From sequence record NC_023719.1: 64,000 nt of DNA, one strand, 5' to 3'. A program made the translations under genes and the position numbers. This document shows, piece after piece, positions 36,933 through 46,287 of the stretch; within the stretch, counting starts at the first letter, position 1, and every line of letters starts with the position of its first letter. Below the pieces are notes generated by a model that was not told the origin of the DNA, did not search any database, and was given only the letters and a program-made list of their open reading frames with translations.

Positions 36933-37823
36933 GTGATGAATTCTAATTTTTTCGATGAAGTCCATGATTTTCAAAGGTTTGTAAGACAAAATGTAAAATT
37001 GTTGGGTAACTATTTAATTATTTCAGAACAATTATATATGAGAAATGATGAAACTGGAATACTTGATATGTTAGCCGTTGATAATGATTCTAAAGTATTA
37101 ACTATTATTGAAATTAAAAATGATATCACAACTGATAAAAATGTTTGGCAACCCATTCGTTATTACGATCTCGCTAAAAGAGGTGAAGATGATCTTAGAG
37201 AACTTCTTGTAAAGGCTTCCTCTAAATTTGATTATGATATACAGGAAATTGATTTAACTCCAAAATTATTGTTAGTGGTGCCTAAATGTAATTCTCAGCT
37301 GTTAAGAACTTTATCGTATTTTGGAGACATAGATTCAGAAGTTATTGAATTAACAAGAGATGTTAAAAAATATGGTGTTGAAATAAAGAAAGAGAGTTAT
37401 AAGCCGAGATCAATTTTTCACAAAGATGATCTAGTAAATGTACAAAAGAAGATTTCCCAAGAATGGAGTTTTGATGAATATTTAAAACACGGAATCAATA
37501 GTGATAAAGTTAATTTAGCAAAGAGAATATCTACTCAAATTCAATATCTTTTCAATGAGAAAGACATTAAATTTGATATATTCTTTAGTGAAACGAAAAT
37601 TACGATAACTAAAGATAAAAAAGTTTGGTTACATCTTTTTATTAAGAATAGGATACTTGATAATAAATTGACTATATCTTTTAAAACTCATAAAGATTGT
37701 GTTATTAATAAAAATGATTTTATATATAATTCATCAATAGAATCATTCACTATTCAGAAGAGCAGTATAAAGTTAACATTAATAGAAGCTTTATCACTAA
37801 ATGTATTTGAACGATATTTATGA
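36933..37823 (+). CDS. PD-(D/E)XK endonuclease (NucS/DUF91-like) with C-terminal extension
   Basis: EQL...GILDMLAVD...IIEIK; Q..RYY; RBS GGGAGG. Confidence 0.65.
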   Translation: MMNSNFFDEVHDFQRFVRQNVKLLGNYLIISEQLYMRNDETGILDMLAVDNDSKVLTIIEIKNDITTDKNVWQPIRYYDLAKRGEDDLRELLVKASSKFDYDIQEIDLTPKLLLVVPKCNSQLLRTLSYFGDIDSEVIELTRDVKKYGVEIKKESYKPRSIFHKDDLVNVQKKISQEWSFDEYLKHGINSDKVNLAKRISTQIQYLFNEKDIKFDIFFSETKITITKDKKVWLHLFIKNRILDNKLTISFKTHKDCVINKNDFIYNSSIESFTIQKSSIKLTLIEALSLNVFERYL

Positions 37824-37838
37824 AAGAGGTGTTTATTT

Positions 37839-38366
37839 ATGCCAATGAAAGCAAGAAAAATAACAACAACTGAGCTACGCTCAAAAACAATTGAAACACT
37901 AGAAGAAAGAGGTATTACACTTCACGATATTGCTGAAATTGTAGTCACTATCCAAAAGAGATATTCTCCAGATTTAACTATCGATGTGGCTATTCACAAC
38001 ATCTTAAGAGTCTTGCAAAAGAGAGAAGTATGCAATGCTATTTTAACAGGGTTAGCACTTGATAAATTAGCAGAACAAAATCTTTTACCCTCTCCAATAC
38101 AAGAAATTATCATGTCAGATGAACCACTATATGGCATAGATGAAGTTATACCACTTTCTATTATTAATATCTATGGTACAATTGGTTTTACTAGTTTTGG
38201 TTACTTAGATAAAGAAAAAATTGGTATCATTAAGAAGTTGGATGAAATGGAAGACACTGTTCATACTTTTGCTGATGACATTGTGTGTGCTATCGCAGCA
38301 GCTGCTGCAAGCCGAGTTGCTCATAGAAGTAGAGATATTGAGGATAATGTAGAAAAAGGTAGCTAA
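37839..38366 (+). CDS. Phosphatidylglycerophosphatase A family protein (YutG-like)
   Basis: KREVCNAILTG.ALD, DEPLYGIDE, FGYLDKEK.GII, HTFADDIV motifs. Confidence 0.85.
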   Translation: MPMKARKITTTELRSKTIETLEERGITLHDIAEIVVTIQKRYSPDLTIDVAIHNILRVLQKREVCNAILTGLALDKLAEQNLLPSPIQEIIMSDEPLYGIDEVIPLSIINIYGTIGFTSFGYLDKEKIGIIKKLDEMEDTVHTFADDIVCAIAAAAASRVAHRSRDIEDNVEKGS

Positions 38367-38446
38367 TTTTTTTTAAAAAAAAAATGATTATATTTTTTAA
38401 AAGGGTTCTTATATTCATCATGAATAACTCATGAAGGAGATTTACG

Positions 38447-38902
38447 ATGAAGAAATTTTCTAGGTTACAGAAAAAAGCAGCTGGAGTTCCAGTTGAGAAT
38501 CTATTAAATGATTTAAGTCAAAAAGGTTTAGATGCAAGTGCTGAAGGCGAAAAGATAACTGTAAGAAATGGTAACATTGAAGATTTTGCAGAAGTTTTGA
38601 AAAAATATAGAATGTTAGACGAGTATGGTTTCTTTTTGTATGGTGGTTTCCAATCAGATGGGACAGTTCTTATTTCAAATGAAGAAGTAAAAGATGCTGA
38701 GGTTCTTTTTACTTATTCTTACAATGGGTATGTTGATGTAGATTACACAGCGGATGAGCTTTTTAATCATCAAAGTATACAACTAAAAAGATTGGCGAGT
38801 AACTTTAATAAAGTTTTTGCTAATTTGGGTAATTGTGTATTTGCATTCCAAGATACAGAAATAGAATTCTTTGAGTTAAGTCGTATGATTAATCCATCTT
38901 AA
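38447..38902 (+). CDS. Hypothetical protein with MKKFSRLQKKAA tag
   Basis: RBS AAGGAG; own terminator; tag motif. Confidence 0.6.
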   Translation: MKKFSRLQKKAAGVPVENLLNDLSQKGLDASAEGEKITVRNGNIEDFAEVLKKYRMLDEYGFFLYGGFQSDGTVLISNEEVKDAEVLFTYSYNGYVDVDYTADELFNHQSIQLKRLASNFNKVFANLGNCVFAFQDTEIEFFELSRMINPS

Positions 38903-38910
38903 CAAAAGTA

Positions 38911-38939
38911 AAAAGAAGAGAATAACTCTTCTTTTTTTA
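38911..38939 (+). terminator. Rho-independent terminator
   Basis: AAAAAGAAGAG-aataa-CTCTTCTTTTT plus T run. Confidence 0.8.
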
Positions 38940-39022
38940 TTCACTAAAACTCATATGAAGTTCCGTTAAAAATAAACTGGCTTGTTTATATAATAAAAAT
39001 ATCACAGGAGGTAAAAGACAAG

Positions 39023-39631
39023 ATGAAAAAGAGACTTTTAAAGAAAATTTCAGCGCCTTCTTTAGAAAGAATCTTACCAGGTTACCCTAATGATTTCATA
39101 CATTCTGAAAAAGGTTTAGAAATAGTTAATGTTGATGATATTATTGGTATGAGTTTTAGCAGAGCTGATGAATATGATGATAACTTTCAACCTATTGGCG
39201 AACCAGATGATAGATGGAAAAGTTTACATGATAGAGCTTTACAGGAAGGTAATTTAGACTTCGCAGGACCTATCCATTTAGTTCAACAAAGTGGTGATAA
39301 TAAGTATTATGTTTATGATGATGGTAACCATAGGCTTTCAGTTGCTAAATTTCTCAATATCCCAACTCTTCAAGCTGTAGTTACGGTTTTGATTCCTAAA
39401 AACGATGAAATCGAAGCTGAAATAGAAGGAATAATGAAAGAAATAAAAAAACAAGAATCAATATTGAATCAACTAACAAAAGAGCAAAATAATCTATGGA
39501 ATGATGATTTATCTTTAGATGAAATTAATTTAAAGGTAGATGAAATAGAAGAAAAGAAAAAACCATTGTATGAAACGATAGATAATCTTTGGCTTAAATT
39601 AACAAATTATCAAAATAATTTAATAAATTAA
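39023..39631 (+). CDS. ParB/sulfiredoxin-like domain protein with MKKRLLKKIS tag
   Basis: PIHLVQ...YYVYDDGNHRLSVAK ParB-N motif; C-terminal coiled coil; RBS AGGAGG. Confidence 0.7.
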   Translation: MKKRLLKKISAPSLERILPGYPNDFIHSEKGLEIVNVDDIIGMSFSRADEYDDNFQPIGEPDDRWKSLHDRALQEGNLDFAGPIHLVQQSGDNKYYVYDDGNHRLSVAKFLNIPTLQAVVTVLIPKNDEIEAEIEGIMKEIKKQESILNQLTKEQNNLWNDDLSLDEINLKVDEIEEKKKPLYETIDNLWLKLTNYQNNLIN

Positions 39632-39651
39632 AAGATTGGAGATTTTAAATA

Positions 39652-40464
39652 ATGACTAAAGAATTAACACATAAAGATATTTGCCCTTACTTCGAAGATA
39701 ACTGCTCAAGCGTAGGGTGTGTTTGTCCTAAATACTTAGCTTACCAAGATGTAAATAATCCTGAAATTGTAGCCCGTGAAATTAAAAAAATGGGTATTGA
39801 CCCTAATAGTGATAAATTAACTCTAATGATGGAAATGCAAAAATCTTTTGCAGCAAAATTCCACAAGATTGATGGTTTTGAAAAAACGGAAGTGGATTAT
39901 TGGATTAAAGCATATGACACTTGTGTTACTGATGAAATTGCAGAGGTACATGAATTTTTAGAGGTTCTTCCTGACATGCAAGCGAAAGATAATCTATTGG
40001 AATTACAAAAAGAATTCATTGATATTTGGCACTTCCTAATGGATATGTTTATTGTTGCTAATATGAATGCAGATGACTTAATCAAAGTTTATAGCAAGAA
40101 TCATAAAGATGTTGAAGGTTACTCAAAACCATTAGAAGCAATGTTTGAAAATGAAAAACAATATTTAATTTCAAAAATCAACAACTTCGATTCTTTAAGT
40201 AAAGAAGAAAACGATTTAGAAATCTTAAAGTATTCTTCAATGGTTATGCAAGGTACTCGAAAAGTACGACAACAAATTTCTTGGAAGCATTGGAAAAAAC
40301 CTTCCAATGAAATTAACTATGAGTTTCTTCACGCAGCTCTTGTAGATACTTTCCGTTCATTAGTTCAATGTTTTGTATTAGCTGGTTTAGATGCAGAAAA
40401 ATTAACAAACATCTATAAAAACAAAAATATCGAAAACGTTTTACGTCAATTACATGGTTATTAA
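39652..40464 (+). CDS. dut: Dimeric (all-alpha) dUTPase-like protein
   Basis: KEFIDIWHFL, SWKHWKK, KN.EN..RQ..GY motifs. Confidence 0.75.
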   Translation: MTKELTHKDICPYFEDNCSSVGCVCPKYLAYQDVNNPEIVAREIKKMGIDPNSDKLTLMMEMQKSFAAKFHKIDGFEKTEVDYWIKAYDTCVTDEIAEVHEFLEVLPDMQAKDNLLELQKEFIDIWHFLMDMFIVANMNADDLIKVYSKNHKDVEGYSKPLEAMFENEKQYLISKINNFDSLSKEENDLEILKYSSMVMQGTRKVRQQISWKHWKKPSNEINYEFLHAALVDTFRSLVQCFVLAGLDAEKLTNIYKNKNIENVLRQLHGY

Positions 40465-40477
40465 TTGATTATTATTT

Positions 40478-40508
40478 AAGAAGCTATCTTATTAGATAGC
40501 TTCTTTTT
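40478..40508 (+). terminator. Rho-independent terminator
   Basis: AAGAAGCTATCT-tatt-AGATAGCTTCTT plus T run. Confidence 0.85.
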
Positions 40509-40612
40509 TATTAAACGAATATATAGTTTTAGAGATGTCTAGATTTTGTAAAAACTATTCAATATATTTATTATAATTTATGTATCTTAATTGAAAAAGG
40601 GGAAATAATAGA

Positions 40613-40885
40613 ATGACTTTCGATAAAATCTTACCGTTATTAAAAGAAGGAAAAAAAGCTTTTAGATTAGGTTGGAATGGTAAAGAGATGTTTGTTGTGT
40701 TTCAAAAAGGTTATCCAGATGGGATTCCTTGTAATAAACAAACAGCAGAAGCTTGGGGGTTACAAGAGGGAGACTTATTTAAAGTAGAACCTTATTTGCA
40801 AATTCGCACTGCTCGTGGCACACATGCTATGTGGGTTCCATCTATCGGAGATATACTTGCTGATGATTGGGAAATAATCAAATAG
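40613..40885 (+). CDS. DUF2829 family protein (Tad2-like anti-Thoeris sponge candidate)
   Basis: LKEGKKAFRLGWNGKEMF...PYL...WVPS..DILADDW pattern. Confidence 0.85.
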   Translation: MTFDKILPLLKEGKKAFRLGWNGKEMFVVFQKGYPDGIPCNKQTAEAWGLQEGDLFKVEPYLQIRTARGTHAMWVPSIGDILADDWEIIK

Positions 40886-40949
40886 TTTTAATTAAGAGCT
40901 GAAAGTAAATATTCAGCTCTTTTTAATAAATAAGATGGGAGAGATTTAA

Positions 40950-41663
40950 ATGGAGCTTATTCGTTTATTATTGTTTACGATTTTCTTTTATATTCCAATT
41001 ATTCTTTTCGTTGGTCATAGATTTAAAAATATGCTTGCTTTCTTTGCTGTTTTTCTAATTCCAACTGCCCTCGCCATGTTTATTGATAATGAACTCATAG
41101 GATTTACTGACATATTTTTATTAATAGTATGTTCATTAATAATCCAAAGCGTATTGAAAAAATCTTTACCTTATGATTTATCAGAAAACAAGACAAATCA
41201 TTCTCTTAATAAGATAATAGAAATTATTCCAACATTTGTGTTTTTAAAGTTTGTTACTACTGCTTTAGCAGCAATAGTCGTTTCTAGTATTGAATTCCTT
41301 TTAAAGACGGAGAACGTAAGACAAGAAATTGTAACAAAAATGGATAGTAGTGATAGCATATCTGTAACTATTATGTTACTTATTTCAGTTTGTATTTTTG
41401 CTCCTATAGCAGAAGAGTATGCTTTTAGATATTTTTTATATGATTATTGTTTGAAAAACATAGTAAAGCTTAATGTGTATGCATCGGCTATCATATCTTC
41501 TTTAATCTTTGCAGTATTACATGATGGCTTATCTGGTATGGTAAATGCATTTATTTCAGGTTTGGTTTTAGCTTGGGTATATCAAAAGCACGGATTGTTA
41601 TATTCTATAATAGCCCATTTTACATTTAATTTGATATCCAGCATTTTTATAATTTTCCTTTAA
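40950..41663 (+). CDS. CPBP/CAAX (Abi) intramembrane metalloprotease
   Basis: PIAEEYAFR, FAVLH, AHFTFN motifs; multiple TM helices. Confidence 0.85.
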   Translation: MELIRLLLFTIFFYIPIILFVGHRFKNMLAFFAVFLIPTALAMFIDNELIGFTDIFLLIVCSLIIQSVLKKSLPYDLSENKTNHSLNKIIEIIPTFVFLKFVTTALAAIVVSSIEFLLKTENVRQEIVTKMDSSDSISVTIMLLISVCIFAPIAEEYAFRYFLYDYCLKNIVKLNVYASAIISSLIFAVLHDGLSGMVNAFISGLVLAWVYQKHGLLYSIIAHFTFNLISSIFIIFL

Positions 41664-41724
41664 AATTTTGAACTCTTATAAATATAATTCTTTTATCTTA
41701 AATAAAGAATGCGAGGTATTGCAA

Positions 41725-41862
41725 ATGGCACACTTTGGAACAAAAGGTTATTATGTAGCGGAACTTAAAAAATTAGGTATTCGTTCAATTGAAGGCCGTA
41801 AACTTGAAAGTTTTAAAGCTCACGTTTTACTTAATGCTTTAGAAGAAGCAAAAAATAAGTAA
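41725..41862 (+). CDS. YflJ/DUF2639-like small protein
   Basis: GTKGYYVAELKKLGIR..EGRKLES.K.H.L pattern; start moved to ATG 41725 (RBS GAGGT). Confidence 0.65.
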   Translation: MAHFGTKGYYVAELKKLGIRSIEGRKLESFKAHVLLNALEEAKNK

Positions 41863-41996
41863 TTTTTAGAAGAAAATAGCACAAATGTAAAAGAACAACT
41901 AAAAAAAGTTGTTCTTTTTGTTTTTAAGTATAATTTTGTTACTTCCTTGAGCTATATAAGAATCGTAGATAATAAGGGAGTAAGGGAGTATGCTTA

Positions 41997-42215
41997 ATGT
42001 CACAATTTCCAGAAAGATTAAAATATTTGAGAAAAGAGAATCTTTTAACTCAAAAAGAAATTGCAAATTTATTAAATATCCAAAGAGTTACTTACAGTCA
42101 CTATGAAACAGGCCGCTCGCAACCAAGTATTGATACACTTATTTTGCTTTCTAACATTTTTGATTGTTCAATTGACTACTTAGTTGGTATATCTGATAAT
42201 AAGAAAAAAGTCTAA
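41997..42215 (+). CDS. XRE-family helix-turn-helix regulator
   Basis: RLKYLRKE..LTQKEIA..L.I...YS.YE.G...PS...L..L..IF..SIDYL. Confidence 0.9.
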   Translation: MSQFPERLKYLRKENLLTQKEIANLLNIQRVTYSHYETGRSQPSIDTLILLSNIFDCSIDYLVGISDNKKKV

Positions 42216-42301
42216 CTGTAATGAGTTGGGCTTTTTATTTTTGGTTAAATGTTTAATGAAAGTACATATAATCTTATTATTCAAGTAATAGGAGGAGAAA
42301 T

Positions 42302-42862
42302 ATGGAAAAGTCAATTCATATTATTTTATCAGAAATTGAAAATGGTTTTGAAGGTGAAGAAATAACTACTTTAGATAAAGAAACATTAGGTAGACTTTAT
42401 CAATTGGTTGTTGAATCTGAAAAGCTTAACAAATTTGCAGAAAAATTTGACATTAAAAAACAAAAAGCTCTAAGAGAATCAAACAAATTAATGAGACGAA
42501 TAATTGATAGTCATGGTATTAAGTACGATAAAGATACTCAAGCTGTTGGTATTTCTGATGACGATGTTATTTACATTGGAGAAAAAGAACGAGTTATTAA
42601 TAGCCCATCTGCTGACCCATTAGATACTGACGAATTAAAAGGTAAAATCACGAAGTATGAACGACGTAAATACAATGAACTTATCGACCAATTTAATTAT
42701 TTAAATAACCAAGCAATGGATCATAATAAGAAAGTTGTAGCTAATGAAAACAACTTAATTGACTTTGAACGCAAAACATTACAAGGTAAAGAATATTCTA
42801 GAGAAAATGATTACTTAGTTATATTTAGTAAAAACGGTAAAGTTGTTTTATGCAGACGATAA
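42302..42862 (+). CDS. Hypothetical two-repeat coiled-coil protein
   Basis: RBS AGGAGG; two helix-plus-strand halves. Confidence 0.5.
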   Translation: MEKSIHIILSEIENGFEGEEITTLDKETLGRLYQLVVESEKLNKFAEKFDIKKQKALRESNKLMRRIIDSHGIKYDKDTQAVGISDDDVIYIGEKERVINSPSADPLDTDELKGKITKYERRKYNELIDQFNYLNNQAMDHNKKVVANENNLIDFERKTLQGKEYSRENDYLVIFSKNGKVVLCRR

Positions 42863-42963
42863 ATATTTAAAACATTGTTAAATAAAGACACTATTTATTC
42901 TATATTATTATCAAATAAATGATTATCATTTATTGAACAGAGTACATAAGAAAGGAGAAAACA

Positions 42964-43218
42964 ATGAAAAAATTGCCTTGGATTAGAATTATTATTACAA
43001 TTGTTGCCTGGGTAGGCTTAACTATGTATCAAAATTATTTTATGGTTTTTGATACAAATAAAATAGCTATGGGTCAACTTGAAAACAGTAATGAAGCTTA
43101 TGCTAAATGGCAAGCTTGGAAACATGTTATTGATTATTATTGGGTACTGTACTTATTGCCATTATTAATGTTTATTCCTTATGCTTTTAAAAACAAAAAC
43201 AAATTGGGGGAATTGTAG
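42964..43218 (+). CDS. Small membrane protein (SPFH partner)
   Basis: Two TM helices; RBS AAGGAG. Confidence 0.6.
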   Translation: MKKLPWIRIIITIVAWVGLTMYQNYFMVFDTNKIAMGQLENSNEAYAKWQAWKHVIDYYWVLYLLPLLMFIPYAFKNKNKLGEL

Positions 43219-43220
43219 AA

Positions 43221-44177
43221 ATGAAAATCAAAAAGAAAGCGTCATTAATTATCATGACAGCATTATTAGCTTCAACATTGGCAGGTTGTCGTCAACCATA
43301 CGATAAACCAGAATTTGTTGAAATTGGCCCTAATGAAACTGCCTTCGTACTTCAAATGGAAGGTGACACAAAAGATCAAGGAAAGTTTGAAAGTGAAGAA
43401 TTCCTAATGGAAAACTTAGTTGCTGCAAAACGTATTGAAATTCCTCATAAATGGATAAAAACAGGCCGTGGATGGTGGAAAGGTAAATATGTAGATAAAA
43501 TTCGTGTAATCAAAGTTGACCGTACAACTGTTACACGCGAATGGACTACTGAAGGCGAGAAGAAACAAGGAATTAAAGTTGAATCAAAAGATTCTATTAA
43601 GTTCTCTGTTGGTACAAGCGCAACAGCTCAAATTGTAGATCATGAATCCGCTGCAAAGTTCTTATTCTGGTACAGTGGCCGTACTTTAGCTGATGTAATG
43701 GATACAGAAATTCGTAACCGTTTTGAAACAGCTTATATTGAAGAAATTTCTAAACTCACAATGGAAGAAATCCGTGGCGATAAATCAAATTCTATGAATG
43801 TTGTTCGTAAACAAGTTGAAAGTTATTTCGCTGAACGTGGCATTACTTTATCTAACATTGGTTATAAAGGTGAGTTAGTTTATGATGATCCTGAAGTTCA
43901 AAAAGCTTTATCTGCTCAATTCGTAGCTGAACAAAATAAAAAGGCGCAAGACACTATTAACTCAACAAATGAAGAGAAAGCTAACTCTGAAGCTAGAGCA
44001 GCAGCTACTCGTCAAAAATCTTTAGAAGCTCAAACACGTATTATGGAACTTGAAAACCAAAAAGCTTTAATTGAAAAACTTGATAAAGTTGATCTTCCAA
44101 AAGTATGGATGAGCGGTAGTAATAGTACAATCTTAGATTTACCCGCTGATTTACTAGAAGGTACATCTAAAAAATAG
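43221..44177 (+). CDS. SPFH/band-7 domain lipoprotein
   Basis: Lipobox LAGC; SPFH-like core with C-terminal coiled coil. Confidence 0.75.
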   Translation: MKIKKKASLIIMTALLASTLAGCRQPYDKPEFVEIGPNETAFVLQMEGDTKDQGKFESEEFLMENLVAAKRIEIPHKWIKTGRGWWKGKYVDKIRVIKVDRTTVTREWTTEGEKKQGIKVESKDSIKFSVGTSATAQIVDHESAAKFLFWYSGRTLADVMDTEIRNRFETAYIEEISKLTMEEIRGDKSNSMNVVRKQVESYFAERGITLSNIGYKGELVYDDPEVQKALSAQFVAEQNKKAQDTINSTNEEKANSEARAAATRQKSLEAQTRIMELENQKALIEKLDKVDLPKVWMSGSNSTILDLPADLLEGTSKK

Positions 44178-44180
44178 CAA

Positions 44181-44213
44181 AAGGAAAGAGATGATTTTAA
44201 ATCATCTCTTTTT
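44181..44213. terminator. Bidirectional terminator between convergent genes
   Basis: AAAGAGATGATT-tt-AAATCATCTCTTT with A/T runs on both sides. Confidence 0.75.
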
Positions 44214-44746
44214 TAATTGTATTTAACTACTTCTTTTTTAAAAGGATTGAATCTTAAAATCCTTTTCTTTCGTGATTCTGCATACTTAAAACAATTCCTT
44301 GTTCCTCCATTAGAACCATCCCAAACTGCTATGATTAAATCTGAATGATTCACCATCCACTCATTTCTAACTTGTAAAATGTAGTTCCCAACAGCATCAA
44401 AAGATCCTTTGTGTACATATATAGTTTCATCCGCTAAAGAAACTAATTTATAAAATTGTTGCTTGACTTCGTCAGGCCATCGTTCACCAAAGCCTTTGTA
44501 AGGTATAGCCATTGTCAGTTTTATATTTTTGTTAGTGTGTAACTTCTTCTTTTCTAGTATTATTTCAGCAGCCCACAAATCAACTCCTTGCGCCCCTCCT
44601 GAAATAAACCTTACGTAGTCAAAACGTTGTATCATTTTTTCTATTGTTTGGTCTAACCAATTGTAAACTAATTGAAACTCTTCTTCGTTTTCTCCATAAT
44701 TGCCTATTTTGTCGGGTCTATGCCCTGTAAAAGAAATAGAAACCAC
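44213..44746 (-). CDS. SLOG-superfamily protein (DUF1273/YpsA-like)
   Basis: SFTGHRP, FISGGAQGVD, RNEWMV..SD..IAVWDG..GGT motifs. Confidence 0.85.
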   Translation of the reverse strand: MVSISFTGHRPDKIGNYGENEEEFQLVYNWLDQTIEKMIQRFDYVRFISGGAQGVDLWAAEIILEKKKLHTNKNIKLTMAIPYKGFGERWPDEVKQQFYKLVSLADETIYVHKGSFDAVGNYILQVRNEWMVNHSDLIIAVWDGSNGGTRNCFKYAESRKKRILRFNPFKKEVVKYN

Positions 44747-44805
44747 GATATCACCTCTTACTAAATCATATGTAATAAAGTAAGAGAAATTAAAAAAAGG
44801 TACAT

Positions 44806-45198
44806 TTAAGTACCTAAAGAGAAAGTATTCTTTGTTTTTTCAACGATTTTCTTGATAGTTGAACCTCCATAGATTCTCTTCTTGTAAACTTCCAATTGTT
44901 CTAATTCATCTAGTATTGTATAGAAAATTTCTGTTGATGCAGAGTCTTTTGGTTTTATGATCCAACTTCTATCGTAATTCGCAACTACGCCTTCCCAGAA
45001 TTCATCTTCATTCATATCTTCTTCCATGTTACCTTTTCTTACAACTAACTTTATAACTCTACCTTTGTCTAAACCATTTTTATTTTTTTCATCGTCAACT
45101 TTTGCGTACCAGTCGTATGTAGATTTATGATGTTCAGCAGTTCCTGTTACCCAAATGCTATCGTCTTCAATTTTGTCAATATGCACTTTAGTTGTCAT
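44806..45198 (-). CDS. Hypothetical protein
   Basis: RBS AAGGAGG on the minus strand; WYAKV...GRVIKL...NYDRSW pattern. Confidence 0.6.
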   Translation of the reverse strand: MTTKVHIDKIEDDSIWVTGTAEHHKSTYDWYAKVDDEKNKNGLDKGRVIKLVVRKGNMEEDMNEDEFWEGVVANYDRSWIIKPKDSASTEIFYTILDELEQLEVYKKRIYGGSTIKKIVEKTKNTFSLGT

Positions 45199-45419
45199 GC
45201 TAATCCTCCTTTTATTTTATTGTATTCAAAGTCAATGAAATGTATACCAAAAACAATGTTTTAATTAAATTTTTTCTACTTAGTTCATATAATATAATTA
45301 TTATTTAATAACAGAAACAATAAAATAACGTATAAGTATAGAAACATGCATTATGTTATGTAATTTGAAATATTTTGATTCTAAATCACATGAAGTTAAT
45401 ATGGAGAGGAGAATAGAGA

Positions 45420-45680
45420 ATGGAAAAGACATATTTAACAGAAACTGAAACTATGACATTGAAACATCTTTTAGGATTTAATAAACAAACTATAAAACGT
45501 TTTGAAGATTTAAATTTAGATGATGAAACTAGATCATTTATTGTGTTCGATATGATAGCAAAAGCTCAACAAAAAGAACGAAATAAATGGGAAAAAGAAG
45601 TAGAAGAATTGAAAAAGAAAAACAATGGGTTTTTTAAAAATTTATTTAAAAAACGTGGTGACAATAATGGAAGAGTTTAA
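45420..45680 (+). CDS. Hypothetical protein
   Basis: RBS GAGGAG. Confidence 0.5.
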   Translation: MEKTYLTETETMTLKHLLGFNKQTIKRFEDLNLDDETRSFIVFDMIAKAQQKERNKWEKEVEELKKKNNGFFKNLFKKRGDNNGRV

Positions 45681-46287
45681 ATATGAAGAGCATGTTGGTT
45701 TGGTGATGAAAGGTATTAAAAAGACATTTGGTAGTATTGAAAGTGCTGCTTTTATAGCGAAAGCAAATTCTTATGATTTAGAAGATTATATTCAAGTAGG
45801 TATGATAGGGCTATTTGCAGCAAGAGAGAAATTTGATGAGTCAAAAAATTATAAGTTTTCAACTTTTGCAATGTCATATATTTGCGGTTATTTATTAAAA
45901 GAAATAGAAAGGAATACTTTAGTTAAGTTTCCTAGAAGTATACAAAAAGAAGAGAGAATTGATTTTATGAATTCTATTTTCTCTGTAAATTCTGAATATG
46001 TCAGTTTAGATAAAGATATCAAGGCTATGAGAGATGTTGGAGAATCAGAGTTATTAATAAGACGTACCTCTTTAGAAGAAGAAGTTTTATCTAACTTAGA
46101 ATTTGATAGAGCTCTAAATACTCTAAATGAAAAGAATAAACAAGTTGTTTTAATGAAACTAGAAGGTCATAGTAATATAGAAATTAGTAAATACACAGGC
46201 ATTTCTACCAAAATGATAAGTAAAATATTTTGTAACAGTAAAAAGAAAATAGCACAACATTACACTACATTAGGAGAGTTAGCATGA
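45667..46287 (+). CDS. Sporulation-type (SigF/SigG-like) sigma factor, shortened region 3
   Basis: EDYIQVGMIGL..A..KFD...YKFSTFA..YI.G; VKFPRS; C-terminal HTH. Confidence 0.85.
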   Translation: MEEFKYEEHVGLVMKGIKKTFGSIESAAFIAKANSYDLEDYIQVGMIGLFAAREKFDESKNYKFSTFAMSYICGYLLKEIERNTLVKFPRSIQKEERIDFMNSIFSVNSEYVSLDKDIKAMRDVGESELLIRRTSLEEEVLSNLEFDRALNTLNEKNKQVVLMKLEGHSNIEISKYTGISTKMISKIFCNSKKKIAQHYTTLGELA

